Assembly (NCBI RefSeq): GCF_963921235.1
Contig: NC_086105.1
Location: 126,666,001-126,730,000 of the forward strand
Reading direction: 5' to 3'
Origin: Mobula hypostoma
Lineage: Eukaryota
DNA length: 64,000 nucleotides
The notes beneath the pieces are model-generated. The model was not told the origin of the DNA. It did not search any database and saw only the letters and a list, made by a program, of their open reading frames with translations. The first letter of the stretch is position 1; every line of letters begins with the position of its first letter. Positions 39,084 to 50,302 of the stretch are shown piece after piece. A program made the position numbers and the translations under genes.

Positions 39084-41292
39084 AACACACATAAAATGCT
39101 GGTGGAACGGAGCAGGCCAGACAGTATCCATAGGAAGAAGCACAGTCGACATTTCGGGCCAAGACCCTTTGTCAGGACTAACTGAAAGAAGAGATAGGAA
39201 GAGATTTGAAAGTGGGAGGGGGAGGGGGAGATCTGAAATGATAGGAGAAAACAAGAGGAAGAGGGATAGAGCTAAGAGCTGGAAAGTTGATTGGCAAAAG
39301 GGATACAAGGCTGGAGAAGGGAGAGGATCATGGGACGGGAGGCCTAGGGAGAAAGAAAGGGGGAGGGGAGCACCAGAGGAAGATGAATAGCAAGCAAGGA
39401 GTAATTGTGAGAGGGACAGACAGAGAGAAAAGGAAAAAAATAAAAACTAATAAATAAATAAATAAGGGATGGGGTAAGAACCCCTTGCTCAATCCCTTCC
39501 CACCTATGTTCGTGACACTTCTCACAAAGCTCTCCGCTTCTTTTTGGATTCCAGACCAAACCAGTTCCCCTTTACCACCGCTCTCCTCCGTCTAGCAGAA
39601 TTAGTCCTTACTCTTAATAATTTCTCCTTTGGTTCCTCCCACTTCCTCCAAACTAAAGGTGTAGCAATGGGCACCCATATGGGTCCCAGCTATGCCTGCC
39701 TTTTTGTTGGTTCTGTGGAACAGTCCATGTTCCAAGCCTATACTTGTATCCGTCCCCCACTTTTCCTTCGCTACATCGACGACTGCATTGGCGTTGCTTC
39801 CTGCACACATGCGGAGCTCATTGACTTTATTAACTTTACTTCCAACTTTAACCCTGCCCTCAAATTTACCTGGTCCATTTCCGACACTTCCCTCCCCTTT
39901 CTTGATCTTTCTGTCTCTATCTCTGGAGACAGCTTATCTACTGATGTCTACTGTAAGCCTATGGATTCTCACAGCTACCTGGACTATTCCTCATCCCACC
40001 CTGTCTCTTGCAAAAATACCATCCCCTTCTCGCATTCCTCTGTCTCTGCCGCATCTGCTCTCAGAATGAGGCCTTTCATTCCAGGATGAAGGAGATGTCT
40101 TCCTTTTTTAAAGAAAGGAGCTTCCCCTCCTCCACCATCAACTCTGCTCTTAAATGCATCTCTCCCATTTCACGCACATCTGTTCTCACCCCATCCTCCC
40201 ACCACCCCACTAGGGATAGGGTTCCCCTTGTCCTCACCTACCACCCCACCAGCCTCCAGGTCCAACATATAATTCTTCGTAACTTCCGCCACCTCCAACG
40301 GGATCCCACCACCAAGCACATCTTTCCCTTCCCCCCTTCTTTCTGCTTTCTGCAAGGATTGCTCCGTACACGACTCCCTTGCCCATTCGTCCCCCCCCAT
40401 CCCTTCCCACCAATCTCCCTCCCAGCATTTATCCTTGTAAGTGGAACAAGTGCTACACATGCCATTTCACTTCCTCCCTCACCACCATTCAGGGCCCCAG
40501 ACAGTCCTTCCAGGTGAGGCGACACTTCATCTGTGAGTCGGCTGGGGTGATAAACTGTGTCCGGTGCTCCCGGTGCGGCCTTCTATATATTGGTGAGACC
40601 CGATGCAGACTGGGAGACCATTTCGCTGAACACTTACATTCTGTCCGCCAGAGAAAGCAGGATCTCCCAGTGGCCACACATTTTAATTCCACGTCCCATT
40701 CCCATTCTGATATGTCTATCCATGGCCTCCTCTACTGTCAAGATGAAGCCACACTCAGGTTGGAGGAACAACACCTTATATTCCGTCTGGGTAGCCTCCA
40801 ACCTGATGGCATGAACATTGACTTCTCCAACTTCCGCTAATGCCCCTCCTCCTGTTCTTACCCCACCCTTTATTTATTTATCTATCTCTTTCTTTATTTA
40901 TTTTTTTCCCTTTTTTCTCTCTCTCTGTCCCTCTCACAATTACTCCTTGCCTGCTCTCCATCTCCCACTGGCGCTCCCCTCCCCCTTTCTTTCTCCCGAG
41001 GCCTCCCATCCCATGATCCTCTCCCTTCTCCAGCCTTGTATCCCTTTTGCCAATCAACTTTCCAGCTCTTAGCTCCATCCCTCCCCCTCCTGTCTTCTCC
41101 TATCATTTTGGATCTCCCCCTCCCCCTCCCACTTTCAAATCCCTTACTATCTCTTCTTTCAGTTAGTCCTGACGAAGGGTCTTGGCCCGAAACGTCAACT
41201 GTGCTTCTTCCTGTGGATGCTGTCTGGCCTGCTGCATTCCACCAGCATTTTGTGTGTGTTGCTTGAATTTCCAGCATCTGCAGATTTCCTCT
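39084..41292 (+). mobile_element. Penelope-like retroelement, 5'-truncated (RT C-terminal half + GIY-YIG endonuclease, frameshifted), with an inverted copy of its 3' end at the 5' side
   Basis: RT motifs QTKGVAMGTHMGPSYACLF and FLRYIDD; GIY-YIG region CSRCGLLYIGETRCRLGDHFAEH. 39084-39480 is the reverse complement of ~40855-41260. 14-bp TSD TATATATTGAAGGT at 39070-39083 and 41293-41306. Confidence 0.92.
41164..41201 (+). ncRNA. Hammerhead motif in the 3' region of the ORF-bearing Penelope copy (sense to the ORF)
   Basis: TAGTC-CTGACGA-AGGGTCTTGGCCC-GAAAC-GTC-AACTG, with one stem I mismatch. Confidence 0.7.
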
Positions 41293-42406
41293 TATATATT
41301 GAAGGTTATGTTGTTGCAACAAGTGAATTTGTTTCTCACATTCCAAGGCATGTTTTGACTTCGCATTTAGCGGGTGACCCACGGGATGATGTGAAACTGA
41401 ATGACAGTTTGAAGTTCTGCTGCAGGAAGAAAATCTTCAGTATCTCCTACCTCCTCTGCATGCTCTAAAACAGAAGCTGATTTAGCTGCATTAATCGCAC
41501 ATCAATGATTATGGAAGGACAAATGTGCGCTGGAAGAGCAAATGGGGCAGCTACAGAAAAGGAGGGAGCAGCCTAAGTTGCAGGAAGAAATCGCCACACA
41601 TATGGCTAAAGTTAATGTGCTCGGGACTTCAAGTGTGGCGAGTGCTAAAAGTGCTTCAGCAGGACAGTCCTATAGTGAGTTCCTGTATTAAAGAGGCACA
41701 GAGAAAATAATCACATCCAATGTCAATGTTGATTCATTTGTACTTCCAGTGTCCATGAACAGAACATCAAAGAGGTAGTTCAGGGTGTTTATTCTCAGCC
41801 AGCACTGAGGCACTGTAACCCTATGCCATATCCAACAGCTCAAGGGGCTCATGGGGGCATTCACTTAAAGCATGGAAGCACTCTTATTTCAGATGATAGA
41901 GGTAAAAATAGTATTATGGATATTATGAGGAAGCAAAATGAAATAACAACCTTAATGGCACAATAACAACGCATTTCTTCTTTTCCTTAAAGAGAGATTC
42001 AAATCTTCGATGGTTATTCATTGCAGTATTATGCATTCATGAAAGCTTTTGAAAATGGCATTGAAGGCAAGACTGATAACTATTGTGACTGCCTCTATTT
42101 CCTTGAACAGTACACTAGAGGTCACCCTAGAGAACTTGTCAGAAGTTGCCTGCATGTTGACCCTAAGGATATGTAAAAGCTAAGGCTTTACTATAAGAAA
42201 TTGCATCTGCCTACATGCAAAAGGCTCTTTCTTGGGTACCTATCAAATCTGAAGACATGAAAGCTCGCCAAGACTACAGTCTTTTTCTTAGAGGCTGTTG
42301 TAATGCCATGGAAGAAGTGCAGTGCATGTGTGAGCTGGATGTGCCTGCTGATATGTTGATTGTTATAAAAAAAAATTGCCCTATACTGTATACTTAGGGA
42401 TAAATA

Positions 42407-42787
42407 CCTTGTCGTGGTGGAGAAGCTTGTGTGGTCCTGTGATCCCGAGAGCGATGCCGTCTGGAGCTATGCTCCTGGTAGTGTCACCCATGGCGGTAAG
42501 GTCGAGGGTGAGGTCCCTGACAAAGAACAATCTAACCAAAACCTCAACAGTGGAACAGGCGGATGAAGTTACGGCGGATGAAGGCTGTAACAGATCCATC
42601 AGCTCCAATCGTCATGGTTTCCATGCCATTGGAATCAGCCGGTTGATTTGTAAAGTATCATGTGCTTCCTGGAATGCAACATCAAATACACGTTAAACAA
42701 GTACACACACAGGCATCTTTGCTCTGTGGGCCACTTCTTCAAAACGAAGACCATCATCCTCGACCTCGAGGGATAGCCACAATGACG
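42407..42787 (+). mobile_element. Short insertion in Pao gag resembling an RTE-clade 5' UTR-derived element
   Basis: Interrupts gag homology. CCTTGTCGTGGTGGAGAAGCTTGTGTG...GAGCTATGC...CACCCATGGCGGTAAGGTC recalls RTE/Expander 5' ends (recognition from memory). Confidence 0.4.
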
Positions 42788-43642
42788 AAAGAGAGATCAG
42801 TGGTTGTAAACTGCTGACATTTTTGATTTTATTGAAAGGCACGTAAAGATTGCTACAGACTCAGTATTTGGGAATTGATAGGGTGTTTCATCATCTGCAA
42901 TTAGCAAAGGTGTGAACAAAACTAAGTCACAGCTATGTTCTGAGCTAAAGAAGTAGCTTTGCTACTACTATGGCTATTGCGAGAAGTAAAGCTAAAATTG
43001 AACCTCGAACCTATGGAAGGGAAATGGTTTTCTCAGCCAAAGGGGTTTGTCTGTTTTGTGAGGGAGAACACACATTGGATTTGTGCCCTCAGCTGGAAAA
43101 AAAGGTCTTGTAGTGAGAAGATTGCCTTCCTAAAAGAAAATAATGTCTGCTTAGGCTGTTTGCATACAGGACACATCAGCAAGAATTGCAGGTGGTGTCA
43201 TGCAAGGTATCTGGTGCAAGCATCCCAGCATACTTTCTGATGAAGAGGGTGCAGAGTCAAAACAAGCCATGAAAGAATCAGACACAACAGTGAGTAGTGC
43301 CTTGGTATCCAATGGCCTTACAGGGGCTGGCAATCATGATGGTAAACTTCCCATAATTCTAGTACAAGTGAAGTCTAAAAAGGGTAACAAGACAGAGTTA
43401 CTATGCTTACCTAGATGAAGGGAGTACCAGAGTGTTCTGCATAGCAGGTCTCATGAACATGCTCAACTTTACAAGAAAATAGATACAGTACTCATTCCCT
43501 TACGCATTATGGACAAGGCAAGAGAAGGTCGTGAGTAGCTACATTGTTTTAGGATTGGAAGTGGTTAGCTTAGGTAGAAAAAACTCTTGTGAGCTACTTA
43601 TCATCTATACACAGGAAAGTATACCTGTCCACAGAGGGAACT

Positions 43643-43799
43643 GTAAACACAAAATAATCTGCAGACGCTGGGATCAAAGCAACACTCACAGCAGGCTGGA
43701 GGAACTCAGCAGGTCGGGCAGCATCAGTGGAAACGTCGACTCATCGTTTCCACTGATGCTGCCCGACCTGCTGAGTTCCTCCAACGTGCTGTGAGTGTT
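43643..43799. mobile_element. Miniature Penelope-tail fold-back with 55-bp arms
   Basis: Arms 43681-43735 and 43745-43799 with ~2 mismatches and a 9-nt loop. TSD CCACAGAGGGAACT at 43629-43642 and 43800-43813. Confidence 0.85.
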
Positions 43800-44796
43800 C
43801 CACAGAGGGAACTTCTGTGTCAGGGGAATCTCTAGGGATGGTCTCACTTGAAACATGTCCACTTGCAAGAGATTGATTCAGAAATTGAACTGCTGATAGG
43901 TACAAATGTGCCTAAAGCAATGGAGCCATTGAAATGAATCGCAGTGTCAGTAATGGACCTTATGCAATCAGAACAATGTTGGTCTGGACTGTGAATGGAC
44001 CACTGAAAGGAGACAATGGTGATGGGAGAGACTGTGCACAGCTGAGCTGACAGTTAACAGGATCTCAGTTTTGAACTTGGATGGCTTTGGTAGCGACAGT
44101 TCAAGGCAGACTTCCCTGGTTTGTCAAGAGAAGACCACAGGTTAATAGAGCTGGTTATGAATTCTGCAAAACTGGCAAACTACCAGATTTGGTTAACATC
44201 CCAAGTAACAGGAAGATTACAAAACAGCATGCTCTAAATCTAAGGAAGAGGTTTAAGAAGGATTTGTCATTTCACACTGACTATATAGCTTTCATGAAGG
44301 ATGTCATCTACAAAGGTTATGCCAAAGGAGTTCTTGCAGAAGGTCTGAAATGCAGTGACGAGAATGTCTGGTATATTCCACATCATGGCGTTTATCACCC
44401 TAGAAAAGGGAAACTTTGTGTTGTGCTTGACCACAGAGTAACTTTTCAGGGAATATCACTTAATGCTCAACTTATACAGGGACAAAATATGACTAGCTCA
44501 CTGATTGGAGTCATAACCAGATTCAGAAAAGGATCAGTGGTGATCATGGCAGATATTGAATCAATGTTTCACCAGGTTTAAGTACCAGCGGGAGATACAG
44601 ATCTGCTGAGGTTTTCCTGGTAGTCGGATGGTGACCTCAGTCAAGACATGGTGATACATCTCTTTGCAGCAACTTCATCACTAAGCTGTGAAAACTTTGC
44701 TCTTAGGAAATGTGCAGAAGACAATGAAGAACAGTGTAACACACATAAAAAATGCTGGTGAACGCAGCAAGCCAGCCAGCATTTATAGGAAGAGGT

Positions 44797-44836
44797 ACAG
44801 TCGACGTTTCGGGCCGAGACCCTTCGTCAGGACTGT
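44797..44836 (-). ncRNA. Minimal type I hammerhead ribozyme motif (closest to consensus)
   Basis: Minus strand ACAGTC-CTGACGA-A-GGG-TCTCGG-CCC-GAAAC-GTC|GACTGT, with a 6-bp stem I. Part of a ~100-bp Penelope tail (44738-44836) inside the Pao RT. Confidence 0.8.
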
Positions 44837-45351
44837 GAGACAGTGGGTAAGCTTTTGCATTGCTTCTGTGTTGATGACTGCCTTGTGTCAGTGTCCTCTG
44901 AGGAAGAAGCTGTGTCTCTCTATCATGACCCTGTATTCATTTGTGCTAAAGGTGGCTTTTGACTCACAAAGTGGATAAGAGATATAGTGTGCTCGCTGTG
45001 ATACTGGAAGAGCAGAGCAAAAGACATGAAAGATTTGGATTTGGATCAAGATATACCTTCAATGGAGAGAATACTGGGTGTGCAATGGTGGATTCAGTCT
45101 GACACTTTCAAGATTAATATCACGATCCTTGATAGACCACTCACCAGAAGGGGGATCCTCTCAACAGGAAACTCCATCTATGATCCTTTAGGAGTCTTGT
45201 GTCTGGTGGTGCTCTCTGCTAAGAAGATCCTACAAGATCTATGTAGGAAAGAACTTAGCTGGGATAATGCTATAACAACATCAGTTTCTCATGAGTGGAC
45301 AAGTTGGCTGGAAGAAATCTGCCAGTTGGAAGACTTCAAGGTTGTTAGAGA

Positions 45352-46503
45352 CTATAAATAAGATACAGATGCATGGAGTCGGAGGAAGTGTATTGGCATG
45401 GATAGTGGATTGGTTAACCAATAGAAGGCAGAGAGTTGGTATAAATGGGTGTTTCTCCGGTTGGCAGTCAGTGGTGAGTGGGGTGCTGCAGGGGTTGGTG
45501 CTGGGCCTGCAGTTGTTTACCATTTACATTGATGATTTGGAAGAGGGGACTGAGTGTAGCATAGTAAAATTTGCTGATGACACTAAACTGAGTAGAAAAG
45601 CAAATTGTACAGAGGATGTGGAGAGTCTGCAGAGGGATATAGATAGGTTAAGTGAGTGGGCCAAGGCCTGGCAGATGGAATACAATGTTGGTAAATGTGA
45701 GATCATCCACTTTGGAAGGAATAATAGAAAAGCAGATTATTATTTAAATGGAGAAAGATTGCAGCATGCTGTTATGCAGAGGGACTTGGGAGCGCTTGTG
45801 CATGAATTGTAAAAAGTTGGCTTGCAGGTACAACAGGTTATTAAGAAGGCAAATGGAATATTAGCCTTCATTGCTAGAGGGGTTGAATTCAAGAGCAGGG
45901 AGGTCACGCTGCAACTATACAGGGCACTGGTGAGGCCGCACCTGGAGTACTGTGTGCAGTTCTGATCTCCATACTTGAGGAAGGATATACTGACTTTGGA
46001 GGCAGTGCAGAGGAGGTTCACCAGGTTGATTCCAGGGATGAAGGGGTTAATCTAAGAGGAGAGATTGAGTCGCCTGGGACTATACTTTGAGTTCAGAAGA
46101 ATGAGAGGGGATCTTATAGAAACATACAAAATTTTGAAAGGGATAGATAAGATAGAGGTAGAAAAGTTGTTTCCATTGGTAGGTGAGACTAGAACTAGGG
46201 GACATTGCCTCAAAATTCAGGGGAAAAAATTTAGGACGGAGATGAGGAGAAACTGTTTTTCCCAGAGAGTGGTGAATCTGTGGAACTCCCTGCCCAGGGA
46301 AACAGTTGAGGCTTCTTCACTAAATATATTTAAGAAACAGTTAGATAGGTTTTTACATAGTAAGGGAACTAAGGGCTATGGTGAAAAGGCAGGTAGATGG
46401 AGCTGAGTTTATGGACAGATCAGGCATGATCTTATTGAATGGCGGGGCAGGCTCGATGGGCTGGATGGCCTACTCCTGCTCCTATTTCTTATGTTCTTAT
46501 GTT
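45352..46503 (+). mobile_element. CR1-type LINE, 5'-truncated (RT C-terminus + 3' tail), inserted in the Pao RNase H region
   Basis: SGVLQGLVLG, IVKFADDTKL, WQMEYNVGKCE, RMRGDLIETYKI, FSQRVVNLWNSLP. Ends CTCCTATTTCTTATGTTCTTATGTT, after which the Pao sequence resumes. Confidence 0.9.
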
Positions 46504-48214
46504 GAAGCTCCTGGATTTTGGAGAAGTTACTGCTGCATAGTTACACCACTTTACAGATGCAAGCGAAAATGGCTATGGAGCAGTGATCTACCTACTGTTG
46601 CACAACATGCGCTCTCAGGTGCGCAGTGCTTTTATCATGGGAAGATCTAAGGTAGCTCTGTTGAAGTCAGTTTCCATACCTTGCATGGAGCTCACCACCA
46701 CTACGATGGCAAGCCTTGTGGACACATTGTGGAAGAAGGAGTTGCACAGGCAGCTTCATGACTCTGTTTTCATTCTGATGGTACTTCTGTGTTAAAATAT
46801 ATCAAGAATGAGACTTCCAGGTTCCACACCTTTGTTGCAAAACAGAGTTTCAGAAATTCTTAAGATCTCACAGGCATTTGAATGCAGGCTTCAAGCAACA
46901 CTGCAGATGTGACCTCCAGAGGGTTAAAGCATTCTTGAAGAATGAGACATGGGTGTCAGAGCCTCAGTATCTTCTTCAGCCTGAAAGGTAATAGCCTGTG
47001 AATCCCGAATTTTCTGGAGAACTCTTGCTAGATGATCTAGAAGTCAAGAGGAGTGTTACAATGAATGCCATGCAGATTGAAGAGGAGGTGGACACAGTTA
47101 CACATATAATCCATCACTTCTTTTCTCGGACCTGTTTGAGGAAGACAATTTTTAGAGGTCAGAGCCTGCTCTTTTTTCCTTGTCAGAAGAGAAAGCAATT
47201 GAGCATCGCTTTCTTCAGAAAGACAGATTGAGAAGGCTGAAGATCAGGTCGGCCGAGGTTGTCTCTTGGTGGGGGAGCTCAGAGAGGCTGGAATGGAGAT
47301 CATTGATCATCACTTTGCCAAAGAAGGAGATTTCCAGATGAATTCTCAAGTTTGAAAGAGGGAGAAAATATGAAAAGGAACAGCCATATTTTCAAGCTCA
47401 ATCTAGTACTTGGAGATGGTGCCTTCAGAGTCAGTTTGGCAGCCATACCTGAACATACTGTTATACTAGCAAAAGATGTTCATATCTCAGACATCATTCT
47501 GAGGTATGTACATCAAGGGGTGGGACTTGGTGGCTATAACCACATGTTATCCAGGTTGTGACAAAAATACTGGATTCCCAGTGCTAGTACATCTATAAGA
47601 AGAATCTTGTCTAAGTGTGTTGCTTGTTGACAGCTCCAGGATGCCAGCACATGGCAGATCTACCTCTGGAAAGGGTCTCTCCAGATGAACCTCTGTTTAC
47701 ATGTGTCAGAGTGGACTACTTTGAACCTTTTGAGCAGAAGAGCAGGAGTACAGTGAAGAGCTATGGGGGCATATTTACCTGTCTAGCTATACAAGCTGTT
47801 CACATTGAAATGGCATCTTCTGTAGACACTAATTCCTTGGACTTTGATGTTTTATAGCAAGTCGAGGACAGGTTTGTGAACTGTGCTCAGAAAATGTGAC
47901 AAACTTTGTTGGAGCTGAGTGTGAGTTGCTAGAAACCATTGAGAAATGGAATCATTCACGCATCAGTGATGTCCTTTTTTCAAAAGGAATTGAGCAGATT
48001 TTTAAGCCCCTTGCTGGTTCACATCATGGAGGAACATGGGAAAGATTCATCAAGTCTGCACGATAGGTCCTCAATTCCACCATGAAGGTACAGAATCTTG
48101 TCAAAGAGGGTTTCCACACAGTCCTTTGTGAAGTAGAGACTATTATTAATGGTCGTCCAATTTATAAGTTCCCCTCCAATCCCAATGATTTGGAAGCACT
48201 AACACCCAATCAAG

Positions 48215-48292
48215 GGCAGTACCGTATGGGACAAACCAATTTAGCCCAATATACGGGATGTCCCGGCTAATACGGGACAGTTGGCAACCCTA
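48215..48292 (-). mobile_element. Single terminus of a hAT-type DNA transposon at the Pao truncation point
   Basis: Minus strand TAGGGTTGCCAACTGTCCCGTATT with subterminal TACGGGA repeats. Confidence 0.55.
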
Positions 48293-49199
48293 TATCGTGG
48301 TTCTGCATTTATCGATTGGACTATCGCATTTATGGACTGTGGACTTTTTCAAACTTCTGTTTTTTTAATTCTGTTTTTTTCTAAAATTAGCCATTCCTTT
48401 TCCATTTTGTTGTGTGAGGGGAGGGCGTTTGGGGGTTGATGTTCTGTTAGTTATTTGTGTAGGGAGGGGTTGTTTGGGGAATCATTTGGGTTTCTTGTTC
48501 CATTTGTGTGGGGCTTTTTGGGGGTTGATGATCGGGATGCTGTTCTTTTTTTGTGCAGGGGGGTAGTTGATGTTTCTCTCTGAATGACTTTCATGTTCTT
48601 TCATTGTTTCGTGGCTATCTGGAGAAGGCAAATTTCAAAGTTGTACATGGATACAAGTTTTGAAAATAAATGAACCCTTGAATGAATTTTATTACTGATT
48701 CCACTTGAGCTCTGATTCCTGGCATTGCAACCTGAGCACTAACATACAAGCAGGATAACAGAAAGTCATTGCTTTGTAGGATGTGACCACTGGTAGCCCC
48801 TGTGTGATCTTCACAGCCTTTCTTCAATTGTTGAGTAAGAATAATATTTTCAGTATGTTGAGATATGTTACTGTATGAATATTTTCATGTGCCCGATTCA
48901 GGCGACCTATTGAATACCTTGAGGACTCATTTTATTTTTGTTCTGTTAGTAAGTGGAAACGAAGAAGAGAAAGAGGATGATGGATGAGCTATAAGTGAAT
49001 GAATGTGGCAGCTGAGTGGCGGATTGTGCTTCTTCGTTATAATTGTAAAATGGTGGAACATGCCCACCAGGCAAGACAAATGTGAAAAAAGAAAATCTGA
49101 GCCAAAATGATGAGGAATGGATAAAAATGGCCCGTATTGACGAAGAGGAAAAAGGTGAAATACCTCACAGCAGAGAGTTTGATTTTGAGGTTTTGGAGG

Positions 49200-50178
49200 G
49201 CGCAACGTGTCCAGCTGGAAAATGAGGTGTTCATCCATCAACCACCCACCTGCCGCCCTGTCTGCTACCTCCTGTCCCATTGTTGGAGGAACTTGCAGGT
49301 CCCACACCGCCTGATCAGTAGGAGAATTTGCGGTTTCTGCGGGACTCACAAAACCGAATTAAAACCAAAGTCATCCTTTGCCCCGATGGCCCGTCCGAGA
49401 AAGGAAAAAAAGGGATCTCCTGTACATTCGGCAGATGGCGCTGACGTTTTGGCAACATTATATGCTAAGTTTGTTTGCAAAACCTTCACCAGATGGCGAT
49501 CTTGTTAGTGAAGACATTGTGTGCAAAATCTAATTTAAAATATCTTAGTATTTAAATTAATAACCCATTACTTGCTCTGTTTGAGAAATATAACCCTTTA
49601 ATCGTAATAACAAAAGTGTTTGTTCTTGGAACTTAAGTATTCTTGAGGACGGATTCTGTTTGGGGTTGTTTATAAACAAGAGAAAATCTGCAGATGCTGG
49701 AAATCCGACTGCTTATTCTTTTCGCAAACACGAGGAAATCTGCAGATGCTGGAATTTCAAGCGACACACATAAAAATTGCTGGTGAACGCAGCAGGCCAG
49801 GCAGCAATTTTTCTGTGTGTTGCTTATTCTTTTCCATAGATGCTGCCTAGTTTTCTGAGTTCCTCCAGCATTGTGTATGTGTTGCTTGGAGTTGCTTAAA
49901 TCTGTCTCGTCGACGAATTGAAACAGTGAAATGTTTAAAGCATTTAGGGCGTCTGCCTCAAATATCATTTATGAATAGGACTGATAGACTTCGACACAAT
50001 GAAGAATATGCACGTATGATACCACATTTTTTAAAAAAAGGGAGGACAAGGGGGAAACCCCGCTGCTCTTTCGATCACGACTTCCATTGAAACTCAATTA
50101 TTTGCTCTCGTCATTTCTTCGGAACAGAAGCAGGGAAGTAGTGTGTGCTTTGTGTCATGATCAAGTCCTTTTGACTGT
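49200..50178 (+). promoter_or_regulatory. Putative TNFRSF17 promoter/upstream region
   Basis: CpG-enriched. NF-kB consensus GGGGAAACCCC at 50051-50061, ETS-type GGAAGT at ~50134, two CTCF-like cores at 49428-49443 and 49485-49500. Confidence 0.5.
49675..49890. mobile_element. Cluster of Penelope terminal fragments in both orientations, upstream of TNFRSF17
   Basis: Two tandem AAATCTGCAGATGCTGGAA units, then an oppositely oriented ATAGATGCTGCCT...TGTTGCTTGGA. Confidence 0.7.
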
Positions 50179-50302
50179 ATGGCTCGCGAGTGCTCCAAGT
50201 CTTTTTACTTTGACTTGCTGACAACCGCCTGCAAACCTTGCGAGCTCCATTGCAACAATGCCAATACGCGACCTGCCGCCTGTCAGGACTACAGCTGCAG
50301 CA
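50179..50302 (+). CDS. TNFRSF17: TNF receptor superfamily member 17 (BCMA), exon 1: single cysteine-rich domain, no signal peptide
   Basis: MARECSKSFYFDLLTTACKPCELHCNNANTRPAACQDYSCS has six Cys and the (Y/F)FDxL hairpin motif, aligning with human [25 protein letters not shown]..CQRYC. Consensus phase-1 donor CA|GTAAGT. Confidence 0.93.

Larger units (their letters stand above)
38100..48210 (+). mobile_element. Decayed BEL/Pao LTR retrotransposon internal region (gag-PR-RT-RH-IN) with nested insertions; boundaries approximate
   Basis: Gag knuckle CLGCLHTGHISKNC; protease YLDEGS; Pao RT motifs WYIPHHGVYHPRKGKLCVVLD and ADIESMFHQV; SIYDPLG; RNase H LHHFTDASENGYG; integrase VDYFEPF, FTCLAIQAVHIE, LCEVETIINGRP, DLEALTPN. 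Many stops and frameshifts; 3' end truncated; LTRs not identified. Confidence 0.88.
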
